Shown in pieces: positions 8,980 through 18,201 of a stretch of 64,000 nucleotides of DNA. The position numbers and the translations under genes were made by a program. The DNA is taken from positions 84,195 through 148,194 of the forward strand of contig PKTK01000003.1 of NCBI GenBank assembly GCA_002869165.1, in the 5' to 3' direction. This stretch comes from Candidatus Parcubacteria bacterium (GTDB lineage Bacteria > Patescibacteriota > Patescibacteriia > Patescibacteriales > UBA12075). Position 1 is the first letter of the stretch; every line of letters begins with the position of its first letter. The notes beneath the pieces were generated by a model. It was not told where the DNA came from and made no database searches. It saw only the letters and a program-made list of their open reading frames with translations.

Positions 8980-9807
8980 ATGCAAAAAAATATAAACGAC
9001 AAGCCTACTGCTGATGCTTTTGCTGATTCATGGAACAATCTCCCGTTAGGATCCGTGTATGATGAGTACCAATTCAAAGATTTGATTGAACCAATGACGA
9101 AAAAAGATATAGAAGGAAAAAGAGTATTGGAAATGGGGTGTGGAAACGCTAGTTTGATGATGATGATAGCAAATTGGTCCCCAGAGCTATTGGTTGGAGT
9201 TGATTTAGGAGACTCTGTGAAATCTGCAGAGAAGAACATGAAAATGATTTCTTATAAGAATTGGAAAATAGAGCAATCAGATTTAACAGAATATACTTCT
9301 AATGGCTTCGATTTTGTATATTGTATAGGAGTGCTACATCATTTAAAGGATCCAAAAAAAGGATTTGATGCAGTAGTAAGTAATACAAATTCAGGGGGAG
9401 GGTTTCATTGTTGGGTTTATGCTTATGAAGGGAATGCTATTATTCGCTATATTGTAGACCCTATTAGAAAAGTTTCTTGCAAGCTCCCTTGGTGGATTAC
9501 TAAATATTTTATTGCCACCCCTTTGGTTGTCCCATATTATTTTTATGCAAAATTTCTTAAAAGGTTTAACCAAGTTTCATTATTTAAAAAATTGCCTTTA
9601 TATCAATATAGTCAATGGATTGCAAAGAGAGAGTTTTTGTTTTTTAGACATGTTGCGTTCGATCAATTGGTAACACCTCAGACAACTTATATTAAGAAGA
9701 CTACAATCCAGAAGTGGCTTAATGATAATTCTGAAATAAAAAATGATTCAATATATATAATAATGAGAAATGGTAATTCTTGGAAATTTGGGGGAAAGAA
9801 AAAATAA
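8980..9807 (+). CDS. class I SAM-dependent methyltransferase
   Basis: It has the SAM motif VLEMGCGNASL and the downstream segment FDFVYCIGVLHHLKDP. Confidence 0.8.
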   Translation: MQKNINDKPTADAFADSWNNLPLGSVYDEYQFKDLIEPMTKKDIEGKRVLEMGCGNASLMMMIANWSPELLVGVDLGDSVKSAEKNMKMISYKNWKIEQSDLTEYTSNGFDFVYCIGVLHHLKDPKKGFDAVVSNTNSGGGFHCWVYAYEGNAIIRYIVDPIRKVSCKLPWWITKYFIATPLVVPYYFYAKFLKRFNQVSLFKKLPLYQYSQWIAKREFLFFRHVAFDQLVTPQTTYIKKTTIQKWLNDNSEIKNDSIYIIMRNGNSWKFGGKKK

Positions 9808-9809
9808 TT

Positions 9810-10547
9810 ATGAAACTATTATTATTTAATTATGAATATCCACCTTTGGGAGGAGGGGCAGGAAATTCAACAATGAGTATTGCAAAAGCTTATTCAAAAC
9901 TTGGGCACGATGTTTTGGTGGTTACGACTTGGTTCGAGGGATTACCAGAAGAAGATATGGCAAATAATATGAAGGTGCTTAGAGTAAAGTCTAGAAGAAA
10001 GAGGAAGGATAGATCTAATCCGTTGGAGATGTTGGATTATGTGGGAAAAACAAAAAAACTGAAAAATATTATAAAACAATTTAACCCTGATTTTTCAATT
10101 GGTTTTATGGCTTTACCGTCTGGATTATCATCATATTATTATTTTAAGACTCAAAATATTCCTTATATTATTTCAGTACAAGGAGGTGATGTTCCAGGAT
10201 TTTTGCCAGATATTAAGAGCCTTAGAATTTTCCAGTATTTATCAATGCCTTTAACAAAAAAAATATGGAAGAATTCGATTAAAGTAGTGGCTAATAGTAG
10301 AGGTCTTATGCAATTAGCTCAGAAAACGGGTGATAAAATTAATATTAAAACAAATTTTTATCCAAATGGTATTGATTTGAATTTTTTTAAACCAATAGAT
10401 AAAAAAAATGAAATAGTGAAGATACTTTTTGTTGGTAGATTCTACTCTCAAAAAGGATTGAACTATTTATTGGAATCTATAAATATTTTAAAAGAAAGTA
10501 AATTAAGTAAAAAGTTTTGTCTTGAGTTGGTGGGCGATGGACCATAA
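9810..10547 (+). CDS. glycosyltransferase family 4, N-terminal part (ends at in-frame TAA 10545-10547)
   Basis: MKLLLFNYEYPPLGGGAGN is a typical GT4 start. The ORF stops inside the Glycos_transf_1 domain at ..KILFVGRFYSQKGLNYL..LELVGDGP*. The ATG at 9810 immediately follows the upstream stop. Confidence 0.8.
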   Translation: MKLLLFNYEYPPLGGGAGNSTMSIAKAYSKLGHDVLVVTTWFEGLPEEDMANNMKVLRVKSRRKRKDRSNPLEMLDYVGKTKKLKNIIKQFNPDFSIGFMALPSGLSSYYYFKTQNIPYIISVQGGDVPGFLPDIKSLRIFQYLSMPLTKKIWKNSIKVVANSRGLMQLAQKTGDKINIKTNFYPNGIDLNFFKPIDKKNEIVKILFVGRFYSQKGLNYLLESINILKESKLSKKFCLELVGDGP

Positions 10548-10553
10548 AAATCA

Positions 10554-10961
10554 ATGATACTATCAATGGTTGATAAGTATAAATTACATGATTATGTAAA
10601 AATAATTCCCTGGTGTAATAAAGAAGATCTACTTAAAAAATATCAAAATGCTGACTTGTTTGTATTATCTTCTCACGAAGAAGGGATGCCAAATGTAATT
10701 TCTGAAGCAATGGCTTGTGGTTTGCCCATAGTTTCTACTAGGGTTAGGGGGAGTGAGGAATTGGTAAAAGATGGAGAAAATGGTTATTTGATAGAACCAA
10801 AAAACAGTGAACAACTGGCAGATAAGATTCAGAAACTTATTGAAGATGATGCGCTTAGAAATAATTTTTCAAAAAAAAGTTTAGAAATAATTTCTAATTA
10901 TAGCTGGGAAAATGTAGCTAATTATTATATAGAAGTATTTAAAAATAATAAAAATAAATGA
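10554..10961 (+). CDS. glycosyltransferase family 4, C-terminal part (same frame as 9810-10547)
   Basis: It contains the remainder of the GT4 donor-binding domain: LFVLSSHEEGMPNVISEAMACGLPIVSTRVRGSEELV. It is in the same frame as the upstream piece, separated by TAA AAA TCA. Confidence 0.75.
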   Translation: MILSMVDKYKLHDYVKIIPWCNKEDLLKKYQNADLFVLSSHEEGMPNVISEAMACGLPIVSTRVRGSEELVKDGENGYLIEPKNSEQLADKIQKLIEDDALRNNFSKKSLEIISNYSWENVANYYIEVFKNNKNK

Positions 10962-12115
10962 TTAAAATAAGAGAAAAAATTGAGAGGTTTGTATATTCAG
11001 GCAAGATCCAGGGCCCAGGTTCTTTCGGTATATTAAAAATGATTAAGTATGTGGCAAAGGCTGTTGATAGAGGAAAAATTGTAGGTCTTTTTTCATACTT
11101 AAAATTTATAACACTTCCTAAAAAGACAGTCTTAATCTCTAAGCCTTTTGTGATGGCGTGTTTTGTTAATTCAAAATGTAATTTGAATTGCCCGTATTAT
11201 TGTTATGGGGTACCTGATGATAGCCATCTTGGTAGTCAATACGGAGGCAAGGCCTTACTTGGTGGATGTCGAAATATGACAATTGATGATTTCAAAAAGA
11301 TTTCCAATCATGAAGTGTTCAAGAATTCATTGGCTGCTATTTTTTCAGGAGGAGAACCACTTCTTAATAAAGATTTTTTCAAAATTTTAGATTATGCTGG
11401 AAAGAAGTTTCCTGTTATTCATTTAACCACAAACGGTACTTTGATGGCTGATTACGTTGATAAAATAATCGAGTCTCCTCTTACTCATATAAATATTAGT
11501 TTGGATGCTTATAGCGCAGAGGAATATAAGAAAATGCGAGACAAGGAAAATGGTAAAGAATTGTTTGATAGAGTTGTTAAGAACATCAAAAATCTTGTTA
11601 AGAAAAAAGAACAAAATAATAAAGATCTTGAAATAATTATTTCTACAGTTGTCGGAAAATTAAATTACAAAAATATGCAGAAGATGATCGATTTTGCTAA
11701 AAGCCTAGGAGTGAATTCATTAAATTTTCAAAATATTGTAGGTTTTGACAACGGTGAACTAGAAAAGGAGACTCTGATGATTGAAGATCAGGAGGTAAAA
11801 GATTTTATCACAAGTCTCAAAGAGAAGAATAGTGATTTTCATGTTACTTACCCCAGAATCTTGAGTAAAGATAAATCAATTCGGGGTTGCAGACAGCCTT
11901 TTGATAGTTTAACAATAGATGCTGATGGTAATATTGGGCCTTGTTCGGTTATGGTGCCTAATCCAAATAATAATTTTGGTAATATATTTAAAGATAAGGA
12001 TGTTTGGAATTCAAAAGAAATTACTGGACTAAGAAGTTCTTTGCTTGATGGCGAAAAATCATTGGGAAGTCATTTTTGTAAAGATTGTACATTTTTAAAT
12101 GGTAAAATTTTTTAA
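10958..12115 (+). CDS. radical SAM enzyme with C-terminal Cys-rich (SPASM/twitch-like) region
   Basis: The Cys cluster reads SKCNLNCPYYCYG, with CX3CX3C spacing as read from the nucleotides. It has the GGEPLL motif and C-terminal cysteines (GCRQPF..GPCSV..FCKDCTF). Confidence 0.75.
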   Translation: MIKIREKIERFVYSGKIQGPGSFGILKMIKYVAKAVDRGKIVGLFSYLKFITLPKKTVLISKPFVMACFVNSKCNLNCPYYCYGVPDDSHLGSQYGGKALLGGCRNMTIDDFKKISNHEVFKNSLAAIFSGGEPLLNKDFFKILDYAGKKFPVIHLTTNGTLMADYVDKIIESPLTHINISLDAYSAEEYKKMRDKENGKELFDRVVKNIKNLVKKKEQNNKDLEIIISTVVGKLNYKNMQKMIDFAKSLGVNSLNFQNIVGFDNGELEKETLMIEDQEVKDFITSLKEKNSDFHVTYPRILSKDKSIRGCRQPFDSLTIDADGNIGPCSVMVPNPNNNFGNIFKDKDVWNSKEITGLRSSLLDGEKSLGSHFCKDCTFLNGKIF

Positions 12116-12122
12116 TAATAAT

Positions 12123-12824
12123 ATGAAAGTTAATTATAATAAAATTTGGGATGACAAGTGGGGAGATATGCAAAAGTATGGCCCTACACATAGACACCAC
12201 AGAAGAATTGCAAAAAAAATGTTGTCTGGTTTAGATTACGTGAGTGTATTGGATGTTGGGTGTGGTGAAGGTTCAAATTTAGCTTTTCTAAATTCATTGA
12301 AGGATGGCTTAGAATTGAGTGGTTCAGATGTATCTAGTGATGCAATTGATCAAGCCAAGAAGATAGTGCCTCAAGCTAAGTATTATGTAATGGATAGCCA
12401 GAAAGAGAAGATAGAAAAGCAGTTTGATTTAGTTTTTTGCTCTGATGTTGTAGAGCATTTAGAGAATGATAGAGAAGCTATTAAAAATATGTATGATATG
12501 ACAGGTAAATATTGCTTGATTGCTACTGTCCAAGGGCGAATGAGAGAGTTCGAGAAAGGCATTGGTCATATTAGAAATTATAAATACGGAGAGCTGAAGA
12601 AAATCATGCAGAACGCCGGCTTTATTGTTGTTCAAGAAGTTAGTTGGGGTTGGCCTTTTTATTCTCCGATTTTTAGGGATTTATTGGATCGAAAAGGGGT
12701 TGAAAAACAAACGGGTGGGAAGTATGGCTTGTTTAAAAAAATAGTTTCCAATATATTATATTTCATCTTTTTATTTAATTCTCAAAAAAAAGGAGATGTA
12801 ATATTTGTATTAGCAAAAAAATGA
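12123..12824 (+). CDS. class I SAM-dependent methyltransferase
   Basis: It has VLDVGCGEGSN and FDLVFCSDVVEHLEND. The ATG at 12123 is preferred over the overlapping alternative start at 12099. Confidence 0.8.
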   Translation: MKVNYNKIWDDKWGDMQKYGPTHRHHRRIAKKMLSGLDYVSVLDVGCGEGSNLAFLNSLKDGLELSGSDVSSDAIDQAKKIVPQAKYYVMDSQKEKIEKQFDLVFCSDVVEHLENDREAIKNMYDMTGKYCLIATVQGRMREFEKGIGHIRNYKYGELKKIMQNAGFIVVQEVSWGWPFYSPIFRDLLDRKGVEKQTGGKYGLFKKIVSNILYFIFLFNSQKKGDVIFVLAKK

Positions 12825-13705
12825 TTGAAAAATACAAAAAAGAATTAAAAGAAATAGCCTTGCTTATTGAGGATGACTTAAGAGAGCACACAAAGAATAC
12901 TAGCAGAATGAATGTTGAAAGAATTGCAGATGAATATATTAGTAGTAGTAGAATAGAGGAGCAAATAGATTTACTTGAAAGGTATACAGGCAAATTGAAC
13001 GAGAAAAAGATCTTGGAAGTAGGCAGTGGTTTTGGTATGTTTACCGCATATTTAAAAAAGTTTAAACAAATCGATATTGTTGGTCTTGAGCCATCTACGG
13101 ATGAGTATTCAGCAGCCCAAAAAGTATCCGATAGAATATTATCACTTTTTTCTTTGGAAAAAGGCACTATTGTAAACGGTTTTGGTGAAAAGATGCCATT
13201 TCCTGACAATAGTTTTGATGTAATTTATTCTTCGAATGTACTTGAACACACTAGCAATCCAGAAAAAGTTATCAAAGAATCAATTAGAGTTCTGAAGCCA
13301 GGTGGAATCTTACAGTTTGTAATTCCAAATTATGGTTCATTTTGGGAAGGACATTATGCTTTATTTTGGATTCCGTTTATGCCACCTAGTTTAGCAAAGT
13401 GGTATGTTAGATTGCGGGGGCGAAAACCAGATTATGTAGACACATTGCAGTTTATAACTTTTTTTAAATTGAGAAAATATTTGAAAAATTTTGATAAAAA
13501 AAATTCTATTGAAATAATAACCTATGGAGAAGATGTTTTTATTGAAAGAATGAAGAGCTTGGAATTTTCTGGCTGGGGAGGCTTGGGAACAGTTAAGAAG
13601 TGGGTAGAGCTATTAAAAAAAATGAAATTAAATATTGTTGTTGCTAAGATTTTACTTTTTACAAAGTCTTATAATCCTTTTGTGTTAACAGTAAGGAAGA
13701 AATAA
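12821..13705 (+). CDS. class I SAM-dependent methyltransferase
   Basis: It has ILEVGSGFGMF, FDVIYSSNVLEHTSNP and LKPGGILQFVIPN. Its start overlaps the upstream stop in an ATGA. Confidence 0.8.
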   Translation: MIEKYKKELKEIALLIEDDLREHTKNTSRMNVERIADEYISSSRIEEQIDLLERYTGKLNEKKILEVGSGFGMFTAYLKKFKQIDIVGLEPSTDEYSAAQKVSDRILSLFSLEKGTIVNGFGEKMPFPDNSFDVIYSSNVLEHTSNPEKVIKESIRVLKPGGILQFVIPNYGSFWEGHYALFWIPFMPPSLAKWYVRLRGRKPDYVDTLQFITFFKLRKYLKNFDKKNSIEIITYGEDVFIERMKSLEFSGWGGLGTVKKWVELLKKMKLNIVVAKILLFTKSYNPFVLTVRKK

Positions 13706-13709
13706 ATTA

Positions 13710-14657
13710 ATGAAAAAATATTTTGTATATTTTATTAAATTATTAATTAGTTTATTGTTAATTTTTGTTATTTTTTCAAAAATTGATTTTAGCGAGGTTT
13801 CTGAATTGCTAAAAAAGACGAATCTTTTAGTTTTATTGATAGCATTATTTATTTTTGTGCTGAGCTGGATAGTAAATTCAAAGAAATGGCAATTACTGCT
13901 AAGGTTTCTAGGATTTTCTGAGTCATTGTGGTCACTGTTAAAATTAAATTTTATAAGTTTATTTTATGCTTCTGTGCTACCAGGGGGACAAGTAACCGGA
14001 GAAACCATCAAGTGCTATAAAATTTCTAGACAAGAAGAAAATAAAGGAAGATTAATAATATCAGTCATAATGGACAAGATAATCGGCTTAATAGCTTTTG
14101 TTTGGTTGGGTTTTATATGTTTAATAATTTCTAGACCAGATGTTGGTAGTTTTCAAGAAATTTTTTATGTTTATCTTGTTTTTATAATCGGTTCTGTTGT
14201 GGTATTGGCTTTGTTTAATATAGATTTTGAAAATATTTTAAAAACAAACAAGGAAAACTCAAGCAAAGAAAAGAAAGGAAGAATAGTTGAGGTGTTTTTA
14301 AAAGTATTGCCAGTGTTTTCTTCTTTTAGGGGAGCACATAAAACAGTTATAACAGTTATATTTGTGGGAATGGTATTTCAGTTTTTGAATTCATTTAGTG
14401 TTTTTTTACTTGCTAAGAGCATAGGAATTCAAATTAGTTTTTTTGACATAACCTGGATCTATGCATTAGTAAGTATAATCTTAGTTATTCCAATTACAAT
14501 CTTGGGGCTTGGCTTAAGAGAGGGAAGTTTCGTTTATTTTTTAAGTCTTTTGGGTGTTGCAAATGCGTCTGCGCTTGGTTTGTCACTACTAAATTCCTTG
14601 ATATACCTTTCTACAGGTATTCTGGGAGGAATATTAGATATTAATAATAAAAAATAG
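13710..14657 (+). CDS. integral membrane protein, lysylphosphatidylglycerol-synthase-TM / flippase-like family (putative)
   Basis: The 315-aa protein has about 8 TM helices and a conserved-looking LPGGQVTGE loop. The family call is made from memory of the family pattern and is tentative. Confidence 0.55.
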   Translation: MKKYFVYFIKLLISLLLIFVIFSKIDFSEVSELLKKTNLLVLLIALFIFVLSWIVNSKKWQLLLRFLGFSESLWSLLKLNFISLFYASVLPGGQVTGETIKCYKISRQEENKGRLIISVIMDKIIGLIAFVWLGFICLIISRPDVGSFQEIFYVYLVFIIGSVVVLALFNIDFENILKTNKENSSKEKKGRIVEVFLKVLPVFSSFRGAHKTVITVIFVGMVFQFLNSFSVFLLAKSIGIQISFFDITWIYALVSIILVIPITILGLGLREGSFVYFLSLLGVANASALGLSLLNSLIYLSTGILGGILDINNKK

Positions 14658-14659
14658 TT

Positions 14660-15733
14660 ATGAATAAATATATACAGTATTTAAAAAGCTTTTACTCTTC
14701 AATTGTTAAGCCCGATGTAGTGAAGACTCGGCCTATTCACATACAAATTGAACCTTCAACATATTGTAATCTGGATTGTCCTCATTGCCCAAGAAATGAG
14801 TATATTGAGAATAGCACTCATATGAGCTTGAATCAATTTAAGCATATTATAAAAGCTGTGAAGCCTAGAAATGTTTCTTTGAACGGTTTGGGTGAAACTT
14901 ATCTAAATCCAGATGCGATTAAAATGATAAAATATGCAAAACAGCACGATATAGAGATAAGTACAATTACAAATTTTATAGCAATAAGTGATGAGCATAT
15001 TGATTGTATAGTTAAAAGTGGTTTAAATTTAATAAATGTTTCTCTTGATTCTACCAATAAAGAAACATATATAAAAGTAAGGAAAAGCGATGCGTTTGAG
15101 AGAATAATTTCTAATATAAAAAAATTACAAGCCAAGAAGAAAGAGCTAGGACTATCAACCCCACACCTACGACTTAGTTTTGTGATTGAAAAAAATAATT
15201 ACACCGAGATGATTGCTTTTTATGAGCAGGCTAAGTCTTTGGGAGCTGATGCAGTATTGTTTCAAATATTTAATACTTTTGATCAAGAAAAGGGAGAGTT
15301 GTTTGAGGGGGTTAATATGAAAAAATTAGAAGAGATGCTATTAGAAATTTCAGTTTTAGAAAAAGAGTATAAGTCACCAGCTACTAATATAGAATTTTTA
15401 AAATCAAGAATTGAGGAAATAAAGAATATTTATAACAAAAAAGTTCAAAATTCTGTGAAGAAATGTATAATGCCTTGGGTGTCGTTGTACGTTTCTGTAG
15501 AGGGTGACGTGAGGTATTGTTGTATATTTTCTGCAAAGAGATTTAGTTTGGGTAATATTTATGAGGTGGATGACATAATGGAGATATATAATAAAAAAGA
15601 ATATCAAGATTTTAGAAGAAGACTTAAAGAGGGGAAGTTGCCAGATAAAGTTTGTGCTGATTGTATTCCTGAGTCACCATTTGATGTAGTAAAAAGATCA
15701 AAATGGACACCAAATTTTATTTTTAAAAAATAG
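14660..15733 (+). CDS. radical SAM / SPASM-domain enzyme
   Basis: It has a canonical CNLDCPHC (CX3CX2C) cluster, GLGETYLNP, and C-terminal Cys motifs (KKCIMPW.., RYCCIFS, CADCIPE). Confidence 0.8.
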   Translation: MNKYIQYLKSFYSSIVKPDVVKTRPIHIQIEPSTYCNLDCPHCPRNEYIENSTHMSLNQFKHIIKAVKPRNVSLNGLGETYLNPDAIKMIKYAKQHDIEISTITNFIAISDEHIDCIVKSGLNLINVSLDSTNKETYIKVRKSDAFERIISNIKKLQAKKKELGLSTPHLRLSFVIEKNNYTEMIAFYEQAKSLGADAVLFQIFNTFDQEKGELFEGVNMKKLEEMLLEISVLEKEYKSPATNIEFLKSRIEEIKNIYNKKVQNSVKKCIMPWVSLYVSVEGDVRYCCIFSAKRFSLGNIYEVDDIMEIYNKKEYQDFRRRLKEGKLPDKVCADCIPESPFDVVKRSKWTPNFIFKK

Positions 15734-17026
15734 ATGAAAATAATTGATAGAGAAAGATTTATAATCAAGGAGTATTGGCTGGCGATTGTTATAGCTATGG
15801 TAGTTGCTTTTATTTATTTTGCGCCATATTTTTTGTCTTTATTTGAGAATGAGTATAAAGGTGTTTTGTTTACTTCGCTTGATTCAGAAGTGCACTACCT
15901 TGCAAGACTTAATGAGATATCAGAGGGGTATTGGAATTATGCAAGCACTTATTTGTATGAATACAAAGATAGTAGCACGGTTGTAAATCAATATTCAGAT
16001 GTATTGTATGGTTTGATTGTTGGTCTATTGGGCATATCGGTTGTTTCTTTTTATTTGTTTGCAAAGATATTTTTTGCTTTTTTGAATTATCTTTTGTGGT
16101 ATTTTTTAAGTTATTTGTTGTCGAATAATAAAAAATTTTCAATTCTTACTGCACTTTTTGTAACGATTGGATATACAGTAAAAGAAAATATTAATATAAC
16201 AGATCAAATAAATATTTTATTTTGGAAAGGAGATGTTTCTAATTTTCTAGTTTTTAGTAGGATTGTTAATCCTTTTGTAGTTCATCCGTTTTTTATAATC
16301 TCTATAATACTGTTGTTTCTGTTTTTTAAAAAGAATCAACTTAAATATTCAATATGGTTTGGCGTGTTGCTCGGACTAAATTATTATTTGTTTTTTTATT
16401 CATGGGTGTATTTGCTGGTTGTTGCATTTTTGTTAATTCTGTATTTTGTGATATATAAAAAGTTTGATGAGGTGAAAAAATTAGCTTGTGGACTTTTCTT
16501 GTCGTTTGTTTTGGGGGTGTATTATTTCTATATGATGTTCAAGTTGGCTTTTTTTAGTTTTGCTGAGGACGCAACCGCTGGCGCTTTGTCATTATTTGAG
16601 AGCACTCATGAAATAATATTGTCAAAGTATGTTTTTTTTATTTTTTTGATATTTCTTGTATATTTGATTTATAAAAAAGTGAGAATAAAAGATGTTAGTA
16701 CTTCAGATATTTTTTTATTATTATTAATATCAGGTTCAATCATTGTTGTAAATCAACAAGTATTAACCGGAATGTTGGTTGAGGAAGGGCATTTTCATTG
16801 GTATATAAATACTCCAATTACATCAATAGTATTAGCTTATTTAATTTATTATACTTCTTCTTTTTTTAAGAAAAAATCACTAAATATTTTTGTTTTTTCT
16901 TTATTTTTAATTTATTTTATCTTTTTTGGTCTTGGTTATCAGCTTTCAGCTTATGGTAATGTGAAAGAAGAGTTTATTAAAAAACAAAGATATGCTGAAT
17001 TTTATGAATGGTTGAATAAAAACTAA
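15734..17026 (+). CDS. polytopic membrane protein, GT-C-like (ends at in-frame TAA 17024-17026)
   Basis: The 430-aa protein is highly hydrophobic and ends ..YAEFYEWLNKN*. A same-frame ORF follows after four codons. Confidence 0.65.
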   Translation: MKIIDRERFIIKEYWLAIVIAMVVAFIYFAPYFLSLFENEYKGVLFTSLDSEVHYLARLNEISEGYWNYASTYLYEYKDSSTVVNQYSDVLYGLIVGLLGISVVSFYLFAKIFFAFLNYLLWYFLSYLLSNNKKFSILTALFVTIGYTVKENINITDQINILFWKGDVSNFLVFSRIVNPFVVHPFFIISIILLFLFFKKNQLKYSIWFGVLLGLNYYLFFYSWVYLLVVAFLLILYFVIYKKFDEVKKLACGLFLSFVLGVYYFYMMFKLAFFSFAEDATAGALSLFESTHEIILSKYVFFIFLIFLVYLIYKKVRIKDVSTSDIFLLLLISGSIIVVNQQVLTGMLVEEGHFHWYINTPITSIVLAYLIYYTSSFFKKKSLNIFVFSLFLIYFIFFGLGYQLSAYGNVKEEFIKKQRYAEFYEWLNKN

Positions 17027-17038
17027 GACTTTGACTCA

Positions 17039-17482
17039 GTGGTGATGACTAATGGGAGTATATCTAATTCTGTGCCGGCATATACTCATAATAATGTTTA
17101 TTTCTCTGAATATATAAAACACTATAGTTCTACTCCTTTTGAAAGAAGAGTAAATGCTTTTTATGTAAATTATATTTTAGAGAAAGGTGAAATTAATTGT
17201 GATAATCTGGATTATAGTGCTAGTGATAAATTAATGAAAGATTGGGTGTATTTTAAATATCTTAGAGGGAGAGGAACAGAGGTTCCAGTTGAAATAAAAG
17301 ATGCGGTTTTTGGAGGATGTCAAAATTATGACAATAGAGATTTTTATGATATATTAAACGAATATCGTTTGGATTATATATTGTGGGACAAGGATTTAAA
17401 TCCAGGTTGGGAAATTGATAAATACGATTTTGTAGAAGAAATATATAATAAAAATAATATTTTTTTATATAAAATTATATGA
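17039..17482 (+). CDS. soluble C-terminal domain probably belonging to the 15734-17026 membrane protein (same frame)
   Basis: It has a GTG start in the track and is in the same frame as the upstream ORF. Its composition and position match the hydrophilic C-terminal domain of the paralogous-architecture protein at 7056-8969. The link between the two pieces is inference. Confidence 0.55.
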   Translation: MVMTNGSISNSVPAYTHNNVYFSEYIKHYSSTPFERRVNAFYVNYILEKGEINCDNLDYSASDKLMKDWVYFKYLRGRGTEVPVEIKDAVFGGCQNYDNRDFYDILNEYRLDYILWDKDLNPGWEIDKYDFVEEIYNKNNIFLYKII

Positions 17483-18183
17483 AAATATTAGGTTTGTCAT
17501 GTTTTTACCACGACAGTGCTGCCTGCTTGATAGTGGATGGTGAGATTAGAGCTGCAGCACACGAGGAACGTTTTACGCGGATAAAGCATGATTCACAATT
17601 TCCAAAGAAGGCTATAGAGTATTGCCTAGATGAAGAAAGCTTGGATATCAATGAGCTTGATTTGATTGTGTTTTATGACAAGCCATTTTTGAAATTTGAA
17701 AGACTTTTAGAAACATATTTAGCTTATGTGCCCAAAGGATTAAAGTCTTATTTAAAGGCTATGGAAGCCTGGTTGAAGCAAAAGCTATGGATACCGAGTA
17801 TTATTGAGGGCGAAACAGGCTATAAAGGAAAAATTATATATTCTGAACATCATCTTTCTCATGCTGCTTCATCATTTTTTCCATCTCCATTTGACAGGGC
17901 TGCTTTTTTGACTGTTGACGGTGTAGGTGAATGGGCAACAACTTCATATGGAATTGGAAATGGGAATAAAATAGAGATGAAGAAAGAAATATTGTTTCCT
18001 CATTCTTTGGGCTTGCTTTATTCAGCTTTTACTTATTACACAGGTTTTAAGGTTAATTCTGGAGAGTATAAATTAATGGGATTGGCTCCATACGGTGAAG
18101 CTAAGTATAAAGATTTGATTTATAAAAATTTGATAGACTTGAAAGACGACGGATCTTTCAGATTGAATATGGATTATTTTTAA
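17479..18183 (+). CDS. carbamoyltransferase (NodU/CmcH/SxtI family), N-terminal part (ends at in-frame TAA 18181-18183)
   Basis: MKILGLSCFYHDSAACLIVDGEI..HEERFTRIKHD.. is a typical family N-terminus. The ORF stops at ..FRLNMDYF*, in the middle of the conserved linker. Confidence 0.85.
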   Translation: MKILGLSCFYHDSAACLIVDGEIRAAAHEERFTRIKHDSQFPKKAIEYCLDEESLDINELDLIVFYDKPFLKFERLLETYLAYVPKGLKSYLKAMEAWLKQKLWIPSIIEGETGYKGKIIYSEHHLSHAASSFFPSPFDRAAFLTVDGVGEWATTSYGIGNGNKIEMKKEILFPHSLGLLYSAFTYYTGFKVNSGEYKLMGLAPYGEAKYKDLIYKNLIDLKDDGSFRLNMDYF

Positions 18184-18201
18184 TATCCGGCAGGACTTAG
18201 A

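Noticed and set aside
10958-15733. Radical-SAM/SPASM enzymes as part of a RiPP (peptide natural product) cluster.
   Set aside because: I found no plausible short precursor-peptide ORF, peptidase or RiPP recognition protein nearby. Every neighbour is a sugar-modifying or membrane glycan gene, so a role in carbohydrate modification is more parsimonious.
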